Origin: Octopus vulgaris
Lineage: Eukaryota
NCBI GenBank assembly: GCA_951406725.2
Contig: OX597816.1
Coordinates: 41,416,001 to 41,480,000, forward strand
Direction: 5' to 3'
Length of the DNA stretch: 64,000 nucleotides
A model generated the notes under the pieces. It was not told where the DNA came from. It made no database searches and saw only the letters and a program-made list of their open reading frames with translations. The stretch's first letter is position 1. The number at the start of each line of letters is the position of its first letter. The translations under genes were made by a program, and so were the position numbers. Of this stretch, positions 1 through 13,630 are shown in pieces.

Positions 1-777
1 TTCCACGCTTTGCAATTAAAAGCCCAAATGAAATAAGCTAAAAAATTAAAAGTAGTATTACGAAGGTGAGTTTGGGTCTCTATTATATTGCTAACACATT
101 AGAAATTATGTACTATCACATTATTAGCCACAGGACAGATATTTCCCCAGGGATTATAAATTTTTCCAGATCACTGGAACCTATATTCATGTAGCTTGTG
201 TTCGAATCTGTATCACTGAAATATCCCTTTAAAAATGAATTTCATTTTATCGATATTTCATCGGAAGGTTTGTATTACGATTTTGCAATACGAATCTTGC
301 AACGAAATTATATATTTCTAATTGATAAGCATTCACCACTATAAATGCATTTAATTATGCACGTGCCCATTGTTCGTATATACATTTTATATTTCTCTTG
401 CTATAATTTATCCATTCAGCCATCAGTAATTGCTCTTCACAATATTGTTTTTTTACCAACGGGCGATTACGTAATGTTCTTACATTAGCTCCATTTCCTT
501 TTGAAAATGTTACGCTTTTCAGTTATTTTCCACAATGATATATTATGAATTGATTCCCTTGTTCAACTTGCACAATCAAAGATGGGTAACTAAAACCTAT
601 ACAGAAAGAAAAGCACTTGTTGAGCTTCTGTACCAAAACAAGAAACAAATTATCTCTACATTCAGAATTCAGTTCTCGCTTTATCCTCTTTTGTTTACAC
701 TACTCTTTTCAAAGACGCATATTTCTGAATGCAAACACACGCATCCACGCATGTATACACATATATGTATGTATGTT

Positions 778-1180
778 AGGCGGCGAGCTGGTAGAAACTT
801 TAGCACGCCGGGCGAAATCCGTAGCTGTATTTCGTCTGTCGTTACGTTCTGAGTTCAAATTCCGCCGAGGTCGATTTGCCTTGCATCCTTTCGGGGTGGA
901 TTAAATAAGTACCAGTTACGCACTGGGGTCGATATAATCGACTTAATGCAAGTGTCTGTCCTTGTTTGTCCTCTCTCTGTTTAGCCCCTTGTGGCTAGTA
1001 AAGAATAGGTATTTCGTCTGCCGTTACGTTCTGAGTTCAAATTCTGCCGAGGTTGACTTTGCCTATCATCCGTTCGGGGTCGATAAAATAAGTACCACTG
1101 AGGTCGATGTAATCGACTTATTCCGTTTGTCTGTCCTTGTTTGTCTCCTCTATGTTTAGCCCCTTGTGGGTAATAAAGAA
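778..1180 (+). mobile_element. tRNA-derived SINE family A (Meta-domain-like core) with a tandem head-less second unit from ~1009
   Basis: Head AGGCGGCGAGCTGG, B-box-like GAGTTCAAATTCC and core GCCTT(G)CATCCTTTCGGGGT..AAATAAGTACC. The same sequence recurs at 6527, 23910, 25817, 27010 and 48600. Confidence 0.85.
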
Positions 1181-1264
1181 TTATATATGTATGTGTATAT
1201 GTATGTATTAATGTATATATGTATAAGTGTGTGTTTGTATGCGCGCATGTAGGGGTGAGTGTGT

Positions 1265-1310
<46 letters not shown>

Positions 1311-1884
1311 CTGAATACGCTTGAAGTGATCGGTGTATTTGCATGACGAAATAGAGTGAATTGCTTTTTTTACGGGTTAGAATATGACTGAAGCATATTT
1401 GAAATCGTAACAGGTTTGTATTTATGCACATCACTGCTTAACACTGCCAGCCACATAGTTATTCTCTTGGCGAGCTGCTGAATAGCTAATTTATTCATCT
1501 AACGATGACAGGAATACCATAGCTAGGGATGTGTCTCTCGTGTCAGTTAGTAGCGTCTGATTTCCACCTCTCTGTTGTTGAAGGGGAGATAACCACTCCG
1601 AAGTTGATGCATTCAACAAACTTATTAGGGCGCGAACCTATTTAACTACAACGAGAAAATTTCCCCTTTACAAAATACACGGCTTTCTTACGGATTCGAA
1701 TATGCCTTAAGAATATTTGCACTGGCAACAGTTTTTGCACTTGTACACATCACTTATTACCAGTCATTCCGTGTATATATATACACACACACACATATAT
1801 CTATATATATATAACTCAACTTGTGTGTCTGTGTGTGTATCTGTGTGTGTGTCTATATGTTTAACTTCCCGGCACATCTCCTCC

Positions 1885-1915
<31 letters not shown>

Positions 1916-2047
1916 TTGATAAGCGGTTATGTTAACCGCATGAAGGGTTGGCATCATCCAATAAAATACTGGTCTAATACCTAGTATTCTGGGAAAATTA
2001 ATTTCCTTAAAATAATACTAACATATATATAAAAGCAATATAGTTTA

Positions 2048-2390
2048 TCTATTATATAATATCCGTTCTGTCTGTCTGACTGTGTGTGCCGTCTAGGATC
2101 TCGGGCATCCTCCATCCGTTTGCGCTCAAATTTTATATGTAGATACTAACGATATCAAGGCGTGTATAAGTCTTGAGAAAATTCCAAAATTGAATCCAGG
2201 TGAGAATGCGATCGATAAAGCCGTGAGAACGTGCAATTGTACGCGCAAGTACATCAGTGGTTGTGATCGATACTACGCGTACGCGAGAAAATTCCACGTG
2301 CAGTTTGTGCAAAAAAATTATCATGCTTTTCCATCTAGATTTATCACCAGCTAACCCATTTGCATGCATCGGTTTTTACCTGTACATTAC
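2048..2390 (+). mobile_element. Probable non-autonomous Helitron-like element
   Basis: Starts TCTATTATATAATATCCGTTCTGTCTGTCTG, a typical Helitron 5' end. A decayed CTAACCC..hairpin-like 3' end lies near 2351-2385. Confidence 0.45.
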
Positions 2391-2929
2391 TGAACCATCC
2401 ATTTTTGTTGTTGTTTTTGTACTGCTTAATGGCACGTTTCTTTCCTTCCAAGCTTACTGTTCAAACCATGTTTGTGTTCTCCCAGTCAACAGCCTTATCA
2501 TTACTGGTACTTTAAAATCTTCGGTTGCATATTTGTGTAAATAAAATCCATTTTCTTTGGAATAGAAAACAAGTGTATCTTTGTTTCTTCTTTTGCTGGT
2601 GTCTCAAATTTAGGTTAAATCAGTGTTTCTCAAAGAGGAGGTCTATGGGACGGTCGGATAAGTTGTTTTGAGAAAATTTGGTTTAAATGTTTGGCAACTC
2701 AACACCGTCCATTGGACAGGGGACGTTTTGCTCGAATTCATATAATGGAAGAAAAAGAAAATGGAGATGGGGAAGTTAATAATTGTTTATTATTAAGAGC
2801 ATGTTAATCATCTTCACTTACAGTTGTTTCAATTAATGAACCAGCTGTAAGAGAAGATAATTAACTTGCTGTTAATAATAGACAATTATTAATGTTCCAA
2901 TCTCCATTCTCTTTTTATTCTTTATATGT

Positions 2930-3160
2930 ATCCGTCTTTGTGTGGGCGTTTTTTATGTCTGCGTTTATCCCTCACTCAGTCACTTGACAGCCGATGTTGG
3001 TGTGTCTAGGTTTCCGTAAATTAGCGGTTGGGGAAAATGACGATTAAGATAAGAACTAGGTTTACTAAAAATAACTGCTGGGGTCGATTTCGTCGACTAA
3101 AACCTATTAAGGTGGTGCTCCAGCATGGCAACAGTCAAATGACTGGGACATGCAAAAGAA
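2930..3160 (+). mobile_element. SINE family B 3' half (decayed)
   Basis: CTTGACAGCCGATGTTGGTGTG...GGTGGTGCTCCAGCATGGC..AGTCAAATGACTG matches the 3' part of the 12531-12930 copy. Confidence 0.7.
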
Positions 3161-3273
3161 TATATATATATATATATATGTTTGTGTATGTGTGTGTGTA
3201 TATATATATATATGGATGTGTATATATGTATATGTGTGCGTGTGTAGATGTATGTATATATATATGTATGTGC

Positions 3274-3349
<76 letters not shown>

Positions 3350-3902
3350 GTATTCGAAGGAACATTGTAAATTAGATGCTTTTTACACTGAAATTTTAAG
3401 TAGCTTACATTGATATAGTCAGAAATGGAGAAGCAAACATTTGAAAGAAATTACTCATCTAGAATAATAAGAAAGAACCACGTAAGACAAACATTGAAGA
3501 AATGGTAAATAGTGCTTTATTGACAGGGACACAGAACATGACATGTTCAAACAAATCGCTAACCGTCTGTATTCAGTGTCAAGACGACAAACAACGTAAA
3601 TCAAACATCGATAAGTACTTAGAAAAAAAAATGTGGAAAAATATAAAAGTGGAATATAATGAAAAGTGCAACAGGCTGTTCTAAGCTAGAGAATACAATA
3701 GAAAATCAAAACTATACGTGTGGCTAAATTGTATGAAGATGAAAGTATATTGATCTTGTATACTTCCATTTGTAAACCTATCGATATTTTTCAGCATTAA
3801 TACTTACACACACACATATATACATATGTGTGTGAATATGTGTATACATAGATGTATACATTCATATATATACATATACATACCCTCCCCCACACACATA
3901 TA

Positions 3903-3940
<38 letters not shown>

Positions 3941-3941
<1 letters not shown>

Positions 3942-4513
3942 TTAGCTTCAGCTCAGAGCTGTGGCCGTGCTGATGCACCGCCATTTTGCTACACTGTTAT
4001 TACTAAGAGCCTCGTCTACTATGTGGCACTTGGTGAATCATAGAGCTTGATATAACTAACCTCATTTGTACCTCTTGCCGTGAGGTAGCTTCATCTGGGA
4101 CTCTCGACAGGAAGAGATCCAGTTTTGATTTATAAACCCCTACATCTACTTTGTGCAAGTTCCTCAGACCCTTTGCGAGAATGTTAAAATGCTGTGGGCC
4201 CTTGAAACCCAGGCTGTTGCAGTAACTGGTCCTGAAGCATGATGGTATTGCTGTGACATTTGGCACTATGCAGTGTCGTCCCGTTCTGGCATTGGTGTAG
4301 CTCTCAATGCCGAAATTTGGTACAGTTCCTTCGAGGATCTTCCAGATATATATTACTGCATACCTCTCCCCGTCTTCTCTCCAGGATGTAAAGTCTTAAC
4401 TGTTTCAACTTTTCCCAGTAGCTGAGCTGTTGCAAAGAGACGATCTTCTTTGTGAATCTTCTCTGGGCTGGTTCAAGATCCGCTGTTAATTTCACACTGG
4501 TGGTTGACCATAG
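3941..4513 (-). mobile_element. CR1/L2-group LINE 3' fragment, frameshifted
   Basis: Peptides LEPAQRRFTKKI..LSYWEKLKQLRLYILERRR and GFKGPQHFNIL..YKSKLDLFLSRVPDE are typical of CR1-group ORF2 C-termini. Flanked by TA tracts. Confidence 0.85.
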
Positions 4514-4539
4514 CTGTATATGTATATATATATATACAT

Positions 4540-4950
4540 ATATATATACATATGGCTGTATTGTCACAGGCATTAAACTTTTGCCATGCTGGAGCACCAC
4601 ATTTTAGGATTGTTATAACAAAACCAGCCAGCATTTTCCTTATTTATTTTATTTGATTTTATTTATCTATTCATTATGTCGCTGGTATGTTTTGCTGAAC
4701 ACCAAGTAATAGAAACGTAAGCAATCTAGCACCATTTGTGAATCAGATGTATTTATCTCACACATAGGAACGCAATGATTTACGACGCTCAACCCAATTT
4801 TCCCTTTATGAAATTCAAAAATCTATTCGCTGGCTCCGGACTATAGAAGAAGATACTTACTTGGGAGCGGTAGTGGTTAGTCGTTCAGTAGTGTGACTGA
4901 ACCTGAAACCACAAGTTAGTGAAGCAAATATCTTTATTACACAGCTATAA
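4540..4950 (-). mobile_element. SINE family B, decayed
   Basis: GCCATGCTGGAGCACCAC and ACTATAGAAGAAGATACTT...ACCACA..CACAGC are reverse-complement similar to 12531-12930. Confidence 0.5.
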
Positions 4951-5184
4951 AGTTGGAAATAAGTTCCTGTCTCTCGTTACGGATACGATGGTTGTTATAA
5001 TATAATACCTTTTGTAATATTTTTTATAAAGCTTCTGATAAACATTACTATGTAAGTAGGCTTGTGTATAGTATATTTTATTATTGGAAGTTTTGTATTG
5101 AGTACAACGAATGTTACTGAAAATGTGTCTATATGTTATATTGTATATAAAGCGAACGAAAGTTTCCTAACGTGAGAGAGGATG

Positions 5185-5294
5185 TTATATGGGGATGATA
5201 CTCTCCTGACCATCTAGAGAGCTATATAGGGATGATACTCACTTGACTATCTAGATAGCTATATAGGGATGATATTCACCTGACCATCTAGAGA
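5185..5294. repeat. Minisatellite, ~37-bp unit x3
   Basis: Unit CTATATAGGGATGATACTCACCTGACCATCTAGAGAG repeated three times with few changes. Confidence 0.85.
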
Positions 5295-6526
5295 TGATCT
5301 TAGTTTGAATTTCAAAATCCGAGAAAACGTCTTCATACTTTCTTTAGATACTTTGATTTTTCTATCTCCTTCAAAATGCGTAATAAAATAGCGAAGTTAT
5401 ATACGTCTTTTAACCGATTAGTTTATAACTCTAACAGCATATATAATATTGGAGCGAACATTTAGATTGAGTGTGTTGCCATTCTTAAAAGGTCTGCTCA
5501 ATGTAAGTACAAGCACAGGAAGGCGACTCCCAATTTCTCTATCCAAAAGTATATTGAGTTTAAAAGATGATATTAAGAAATTTGAAATGGATTGATATAG
5601 AACGGAATACCCATCATTTACATGAATAGTTTCCAAAATGTGCTGTCAACCACTCAGAGAAGAAGTGAAGCACTATTCTAAAGCAATTTTGCAAACGTAA
5701 GCAAAAGTAAAAAGTAAATGATGATATTTTGCTTGCTATATTGTTTTATTTCCTATATTGTTTTATTTCCATTCATATTCTCAGGTATTAAATTAGTGCT
5801 TCATTCCTATACTGAATATCTACTATATTAGTTCTATAATATTTCAATGTTTTCGAAATTATAGCAGCTCTTATTTCGTCTCGTTTATGCACATTATATC
5901 AAGGGATGTATAACATTAATTCATTTCTTAGGAATAAAACTAATAATAACGACGTGAGCAACAACAGCAGATGTAACAAGAACTGAATCAAAATAATAAA
6001 AAAGAATAGCAAAAACCACCTAAACAGCCACAACAATAATATGTACATGTGCAAAACGTATATTCGATGTTAAGCGGTTAGGACGCTATAGCAATTTATA
6101 GATTCAAGAACACTATAAAATATATATTAAGCAACAGCTTTCTTTAGGAAGATTGAATCTCACCGCAGGCGTTTTACAAATGAACATGAAAATTTAAATG
6201 GTGATAATAAATTTTGATTAGAATAAAATGAGGTATAGTATTTTAAGTAAGATGTTCAAAAATAACACGTCATGTTTTAGGATATATAACCTAAATCAAT
6301 TAGCATTTTGAGGAATAGATTTTAATTACATATTCCAAATGAACAAGTCGACATTATCTATGTTTTTTGATCGTTTTCGAAACAGACAAGCATATTCACA
6401 AATGTTTAGATAATACTGTTCGGGATCACTTAAAAGATAATGTAAGTACTAGAATCTTTATACATAATTGAAATCAATCCCCACCCCCAAAAATTTTCTA
6501 TTATATCAATATAAATATAATTGTTA

Positions 6527-6845
6527 AGGCGGCGAGCTCGCAAGATCATTAAACTCGCCGGACAAAATGCTCAGCGGCATTTCGTTCGTCCTTATCATCT
6601 GAGTTCAAATTCCGCAAAGGTCGAATTTGCCTTTCATCCCTCGGAGTCGATCAAATAAGTACCGTTTAAGCACTGAGAGCTCGATTCAATCGACTTCCCC
6701 ATAATTGTTGGCTTCGTACCATAATTTGAAATCAATCAACAATATTTCAAGAAATTTAGTTTCAAATTATTCGTAAAATGTTTAGTGGTATCTCGTCTTT
6801 TACGTTCTGTGTTCAAATAACACCGAGGTTGACTTTGCCTTTTCC
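6527..6845 (+). mobile_element. SINE family A copy plus partial second copy
   Basis: AAGGCGGCGAGCTC...GAGTTCAAATTCCGC...GCCTTTCATCC, with a second GTTCAAATAACACCGAGGTTGACTTTGCCT at ~6812. Confidence 0.75.
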
Positions 6846-6899
6846 TCTAGATAATCTATTTCCTTTTTTCTTTTGTATCAGTTTGAATATTTAGATTCT

Positions 6900-8720
6900 T
6901 TTTCTTGTCAGTCACTATTATCCTCGACATGTTTGGTCCTGTATTGTTTCGGTGTATGTAGGGATGTCACTCAACAATAGCAGTTCATCGCTCACGATGG
7001 CCTCTTTTTGTAGACTCCAGAAAAATATAGCTATTTTTCTGCATGCAAAACCTATTTTCTTACTAAAATATCAGTGAAAAACAGCTGCAGGTTCATAATC
7101 TCTAAGTTGGAGTCTGACAAAAATACCTTCTTTCAACTTCGCCTGTGAGATTCTGGAATTTTGTTTACAACATACTTAAACACTCTGGCATTTTTCTTTC
7201 CTAGTCTCTTTACACACTGTTTCATCAGGCCAAGCTTTATTTGCAAAGGAGGCAATGGGAGATTACATGGATCTGCAAGAGGTGTATTCTTAACGCTAGA
7301 GAGTCCTTGCTGGTGTTTTTTTTTTGTCTGCCAGTTTGATTCCGAATAATGTCTGTCATTTGCTTGAATATACCATGGACACAAGAAACAACAGTATTTT
7401 GTGAAACCTGACTGCATTCCCATTCGCATTCCAATGAATTCCACATATTTTCCACGAGTATCTTTCATAGGCAATGGCATGAAGTAAAATTTCCATATTT
7501 TAATGATTCATGAAGATGATCGGTGTGAGCAATAGGAATGGAGGGCTTCAAATTACCATAATGGAGAATTACAACTTTTAAACTTGGTTTTGGAGAGTCA
7601 ATAGACAAATGCCAATTTCCAGGACCATGATATTGTAATAAACATTCGAGAAGTCTATCGACGTTACTACATAAGCAAAGAGGGCCTTCAAAAGAAAACA
7701 CATTTGTAGAACAGCGTTTCTCTGCCGAAAAATGTTATACGAACACCGTGATCTAGCAGAACCTGTGCTCATTCAGTCTTGATGCCATCAGTTCTGCTTC
7801 ATCTTTTGAGAGGGATAGGTCTCTGACAAGATTATTCAGTTCAGCTTGTGAAAATTTCTGAGATTCAAAGCTGTCGTGCTCAGCCACGAAATCTTCCTCA
7901 CCAGCACTATCGTGACAGTAAGCATCATCATCTGATGTTTCAATACCATTATAAGCTGGAACTGGAATTGGCAGACTTTCATTGTGGCGCACAGATCTCA
8001 TTGCAGAATCGAAATTGGGATACACAATTTTGTGTTTATTCTTCACAAAAATTCCTGTGACATTTACTTTGCAAAAATAATAGTCATTAAAATGGTCTTT
8101 CGGCTCCCTCCACATCACTGAATGGCAAAAGTCATGGACTTCGTCTTATTATTGAACCAGTAACGTAAGCCATTTGAGCAAGCTGAGCAGATAAATTGTG
8201 GTGCCTATAACTAGACCTGATCTTCAAGAGGCCATCAAAAATATAGCTTATAAATCTTGATCTCTGGTGTTATTGTACGTTTTTGAACTTTTGAACTTTC
8301 ACAATATATTGTCTACAGGTATCAGGAGGATTTCTACACTATCTTGACGTTGTTAACACTGTAAAACAAGTAAGGAAATAGATACAAAGAGTTGTACTTA
8401 TACTGAATTAGAGATGATGAAATATTTCATCAGACCAATTATGCCTGGACAATATGACATGCTGAAATACCCATTTCATCAGACCAAATTTGCTTGGTAA
8501 ATTTAGGATGATGAAATATTGCAAGTGAACTGGGCAGCAATGAGTAATGTAGTTTATTTTAAAGGAATGTTTCCATGAGGTAAATGAAGAACATACACAC
8601 ACGTCATTAATGGGAATTTCTATAAAATGCATGAACTAATTTTATATTTGAAATCAGCATTAAAAACTACACTAAATGCACCTTTGCATATGCGTGATGA
8701 AAAATACACATTAACCTGTG
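6900..8720 (-). mobile_element. Decayed DNA transposon, Chapaev3-like (CMC group) transposase pseudogene
   Basis: Fragmented peptides in order: APQFICSAC, MWREPKDHFNDYYFC, YPNFDSAMRSVRH, FSQAELNNLVRDLSLSKDEAELMASRL, WHLSIDSPKPSLKVVILHYGN, GMQSGFTKYCCFLCPW, PPLQIKLGLMKQCVK and a VSDE remnant. A CAC-type terminus lies near 8720. The family name is assigned from motif recall. Confidence 0.7.
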
Positions 8721-8816
8721 TTATTGTCTTTAGTCTTCCGCAGTTCTCTGCCTAAATCCTGATATTTTTCAGGTTTTTCAATTTGTGATATCCACATTAT
8801 TGTTTTTTGTTTTTGC

Positions 8817-8847
<31 letters not shown>

Positions 8848-8891
8848 ATTCTTCTTCTTCTTCTTCTTCTTCTTCTTCTTCTTCTTCTTCT

Positions 8892-8922
<31 letters not shown>

Positions 8923-9446
8923 ACTATAATATTTGTCTGTATATTTCCCTAGCGAAAAGCTAGTAAATCAAGATAGCAAAAACGATGTAGGAGTAGAAGA
9001 ATATATATTTTTAAGGGCAATTCTTAATTTTGAATTTAGGAAATAAATCACTTTTCAAAAGAAAGTGATTACTATATTCTCAATATGCTTCTAAATGCGC
9101 ACACATGCACATAAACAAACATATATAAAGTATTATACACAGGTATACAAATTCACATACACAACACATTCACAGGCACACAAACACACGAATACACATA
9201 CACACGTACACACACGTAGGTGTATATATATGGGAGCGTTTGAAATATGTTTCACAGCGTAATTATAAGCAATAAATCAAAGAATACTTATTCTGTAAGG
9301 TAGAATTACATAGAATTTTCGCAACATTCATTTCTTTGAGAAAATACTTGCAGTTACTTTGTTAGTAGTTGCCTGAAGAAATATCAGTATCTTTCACCGA
9401 ACGATCTGCATTGAATACACACGCGCGCGTGCGTACACACACATAG

Positions 9447-9483
<37 letters not shown>

Positions 9484-9822
9484 TACACACTTATATACGT
9501 ACATACATACATAAACGCATACATGCCTACATGCATACATATAACTATAGAAAGACGCGTGTTTAGAAATATATAAATATATATATTGTTCAAAGGAATT
9601 CCAATTCTGACTTTTTTAATGTTTTATTTATATTCTTTATAACATTAATGTAGAATATAGAATATATAGTATAAATATTATATATAGTAAAATGAAATGA
9701 AGTATTGATTGTCTTAGATGAAATATTGAATATCAAATATTAAGGGACTAGTATACTTTCTTGCATTAAAGTAGTCTTCAAGTTCCCAGGTTGTGACAGG
9801 AGTGTTTCAACTGTGGTATACA

Positions 9823-9893
<71 letters not shown>

Positions 9894-10379
9894 CTACCTG
9901 CGGTAATCATACTAGAAAATTTGATTATTTATCTAACTGAAATAAGGAACCAAATAAGTTTTAATGATCGACAGAAATGTTTTTTTTCTTTCTTATTTTT
10001 GCCTCAGCACTTCAATATAACCAAGCTATTCCTTAAATTCTTTAAATATCTATAATAAGTGGTTGTAAATCAATCCCTTACATTATACACGCAAATAAAA
10101 CTTATTGTTTGTAGGAGTCGGGTTTGATAAATGATGTATATTTAATCGCCAATCTATTCTCAACGGAAACAATCATAATCGAAGAATATATACATTGTAT
10201 TGCGTTCGACTTTGAAAAAATAAACACATTCATAACATCGGTTCGTTGCACATGAAGTATATGTACACACACACAAACAGGCACACACACTCACAGACAC
10301 AGACACACACAAAAATAATAAAAACGGTAAACAATATTATATATACATCTATACATAGCTATATATATATATATATATA

Positions 10380-10476
10380 GTTAATCCAAACAAGAGAGCA
10401 CAAAAAAATACAATAACGTGAGGACGTGGAACAAATATAGTATTATTGGACGCTCAGGAAAGAAGGGAAGAAGGAG
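10380..10476 (-). mobile_element. 3'-end fragment of TA-anchored PLE-type family P3 (also 15657, 41480)
   Basis: (TA)n followed by GTTAATCCAAAC...GAGGACGTGGAACAAATATAGTATTATTGGACGCTCAGGAAAGAAGG, near-identical to the other two copies. Confidence 0.75.
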
Positions 10477-11119
10477 ACATACATACATGCATGCATACAC
10501 ATATATATATATGAACTAAAAATCTAATAACTCTTGTCCATTATTATTTAATATAATTCTCATCTCGGTAAAATAGAAATACCAGTATAACAGAGAAGAA
10601 AATAAGAAAAGTCTTAAGGAATTCCTGAGTGAAATTTATTATATTGAAAGGCATTCATTTTGCCTCGGATAATAATAAAAGAAATGTACGTTACTGAAAC
10701 AAGGTAGAAAAAAATAGAAATAGAAAAGTATAAGTACGAAGGAAACTATAGCTGTTGGATATGCGGAGCGAAACATGCTAAATTCTGCTAACTGAACTGT
10801 TTCGATCTTAAACATTAATTAACATTTTTCAAATATTAGAGAGAGAATTAGAAATTGGATGCAAATGCAATTTTAAACGTAAAATTGCCTGTGTGTGTGT
10901 CTGTGTGTGTGTGCGTGCGTGTGCATGTGCTTGTGTGTGTCTGTGGTTCTGTGTGAGTGTTTATTGACTGTTGACATTAAACTGATGTTTTCATTTATCC
11001 TAAATAATACACCATACTTAGATAACTTAGATATATTTCGACCAAAGATTCGACCACCTGATAGAATTATTCGAATCCTGCTTAAGTCAAGTTTTGTTTA
11101 AGTCAAGTTTTGTTCAAGT

Positions 11120-11667
11120 AGTGAGTTCTTGTTGGGTGAGTTGTATCCAATTATGGGTGGCTTATCTGGTATTCTTTGAAGGAATTTATCCAGACTCCGT
11201 TTAAAGTTGATTGGATCCTTTTTCTCCTTGATCTCCCTCGGGACAATGTTAAATAGGGCAGGGCCTGTTGAGGAAAAGAAATTATGTTGCAGTGTACATA
11301 TATGTTGTGATCTTGAATTGGTGGTCCCAGTCTTGGATGAACCTTGAAGCTAATGTTAAGGTCGTTTGGCGGTATATTCTCCACATCGTACAAATGATGT
11401 ACCGCTCACGGCGACGCTGGAGGGAGTAAAGTTTCAAGGCTTTAAGGCGATCCCAATAATAGAGAGCAGCCATGCCTTCAATTCGTTTAGTGAGTGCCCT
11501 CTGGGGTGACTCAATCCACAGTGGGCAGCATTATTCAAGGTGTGGCCGTACAAAGGAGGAGAAAAGTGGTATGATGACACCTTGTTCTCTGGACCGGAAA
11601 GTTCTTAAGATCCAGGAACTCATCCTACGAGCTATATCGACCTTCTTGTTGATGTGTGCACTCCAAG
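11120..11667 (-). mobile_element. CR1/L2-group LINE 3' fragment
   Basis: WILRTFRSRE..., LVRPHLE-like segment, YWDRLKALKLYSLQRRRERY, HPRLG. Confidence 0.8.
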
Positions 11668-11726
11668 TTATTTTCCCTAAAATACTTGTTGTTTATTTAT
11701 ACACACACACACACATACACACACGC

Positions 11727-11817
<91 letters not shown>

Positions 11818-11988
11818 GAGCCCCACGACATATATATGCAAAGAAGAGGTGTATTCCCATTCTGGATAAATATAGAATTTGTTCTTGAAAATAAACCTGA
11901 ATTTGAAGAACGTGTTGTTTTTCAATAGATTTATTGACATGCATACCCGACTAGTTTCAACAAATTTTTTATCAATAATATATATATG

Positions 11989-12020
<32 letters not shown>

Positions 12021-12031
12021 CGTGTATGTAT

Positions 12032-12083
<52 letters not shown>

Positions 12084-12089
12084 TTACAG

Positions 12090-12490
12090 GCGAAGGCGTG
12101 GATATCGGGTAAGAAGATTTCTTGTCAATCACTTGGTCTCAGATTCAGACCCGCTCCGTGTCACCTTGGGTAAGTGTCTCCTTCTAAAGCCTCGGGCCAA
12201 CCAAAGCATCGTGGGTAAATTTGCTAGGCGGAATCTAAAAGTTGTTTGTTTGTGTGTATATGTTTGTTTCTGTGTGTGTGTGTGTGTGTGCGTATGGGTG
12301 TGTGTGTGTGTGTGTATTTGTCAACAGTTGGTGATGCATTTACGTCGTAGTAACTTAACGGTTCAGCAAAAGACTCCGACAGAATATGTACATGTCTTAT
12401 ACAACATAAGTACTGGGGGCGATATATTCCACTAAAAAGAAAAGGCATTGCTCCAGCGTGGCTGAAGTCTTAAGATTGAAACAAGTAATC
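12090..12490 (+). mobile_element. SINE family B, decayed, with internal (TG)n
   Basis: CACCTTGGGTAAGTGTCT...GCCTCGGGCCAACCAAAGC, then (TG)n, then the 3' tail. Confidence 0.75.
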
Positions 12491-12530
12491 TCTCTCTATA
12501 TATCTATTCTTTTATTCGTTTAATTGTTTC

Positions 12531-12930
12531 AGGCGCAGGAGTGGCTGTGTGGTAAGTAGCTTGTTTACCATCCACATCGTTCCGGGTTCAGTCCCACTGC
12601 GTGGCACCTTGGGCAAGTGTCTTCTACTATAGCCTCGGGCCGACCAAAGCCTTGTGAGTGGATTTGGTAGACGGAAACTGAAAGAAGCCCGTCGTATACA
12701 TGTATGTATATATGTATATATATGTGTGCGTGTATGTTTGTGTTTGTCCCCCTAGCATTGCTTGTGTGTCTATGTCCGCGTCACTTAGCGATTCGGCAAA
12801 AGAGACCGATAGAATAAGTACTGGGCTTACAAAGAATAAGTCCCGGGGTCGAGTTGCTCGATTAAAAGCGGTGCTCCAACATGGCCGCAGTCAAATGATT
12901 GAAACAAGTAAAAGAGTAAAGAGTAAAAGA
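12531..12930 (+). mobile_element. tRNA-derived SINE family B (CORE-like CACCTTGGGCAAGT), near full length
   Basis: A-box TGGCTGTGTGG, B-box GGTTCAGTCCC, GGCACCTTGGGCAAGTGTCTT, internal TA/TG tract and (GAGTAAAA)n tail. Confidence 0.85.
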
Positions 12931-12939
12931 GTGTCGAAC

Positions 12940-13075
12940 ATATTGATCCCAGCACTTATTATTTGTTAACCTAGTACTTATTATACCAGTATCTTTTCCA
13001 AAACCGCTATGTTATGGGGATGTAAACATATCAACATCGGTTGACTAGCGATGTTGGAGAAACAAACGCTGGCAC

Positions 13076-13134
<59 letters not shown>

Positions 13135-13455
13135 CACAACGAGCGTCTTTCAGTTTCCGTCTACCAAATACTCTCACAAGCCGTTGGTCGGCTCGAGGCT
13201 CTACTCGAAGACACTTATTCAAGGTGGCACGGAGTGGAACTGAACACGGAACCATGTGGTTGGTAAGGTACTTCTTAACACACCGCCACGCCTATATTTT
13301 TCTTTTATTCTTGTACTCGAGCACCGCCTTCAAGAATCTTTAGTCAAATAAATCGATCCCGGGCCTTAGCTTTTCTATCAACTTCTTTTGGTCAACCGCT
13401 AAGTTACGGGGACATAAACACCTACATTGGTTGTCAAGCGTTGATTGGAGATAAA

Positions 13456-13504
<49 letters not shown>

Positions 13505-13630
13505 GTATGTGTGAAAGGCTGCTTTTAGTTTCTGTCTACCAAATCCACTCACAGGGCTTTGGTTGCCACGGGTCTATATTAGAAGACACTGGCTCAAGAT
13601 GGGACTCAACCCGAAACCATGTGACTGAGG
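12940..13630 (-). mobile_element. Two consecutive SINE family B copies, antisense
   Basis: Two occurrences of TTTCAGTTTC(C/T)GTCTACCAAA..CTCACA and AAGACACT, each with an internal TA/CA tract. Confidence 0.75.

Noticed and set aside
5185-5294. CRISPR-like array or box C/D snoRNA
   Set aside because: Head-to-tail units have no unique spacers and no complete RUGAUGA box. It is an ordinary minisatellite.
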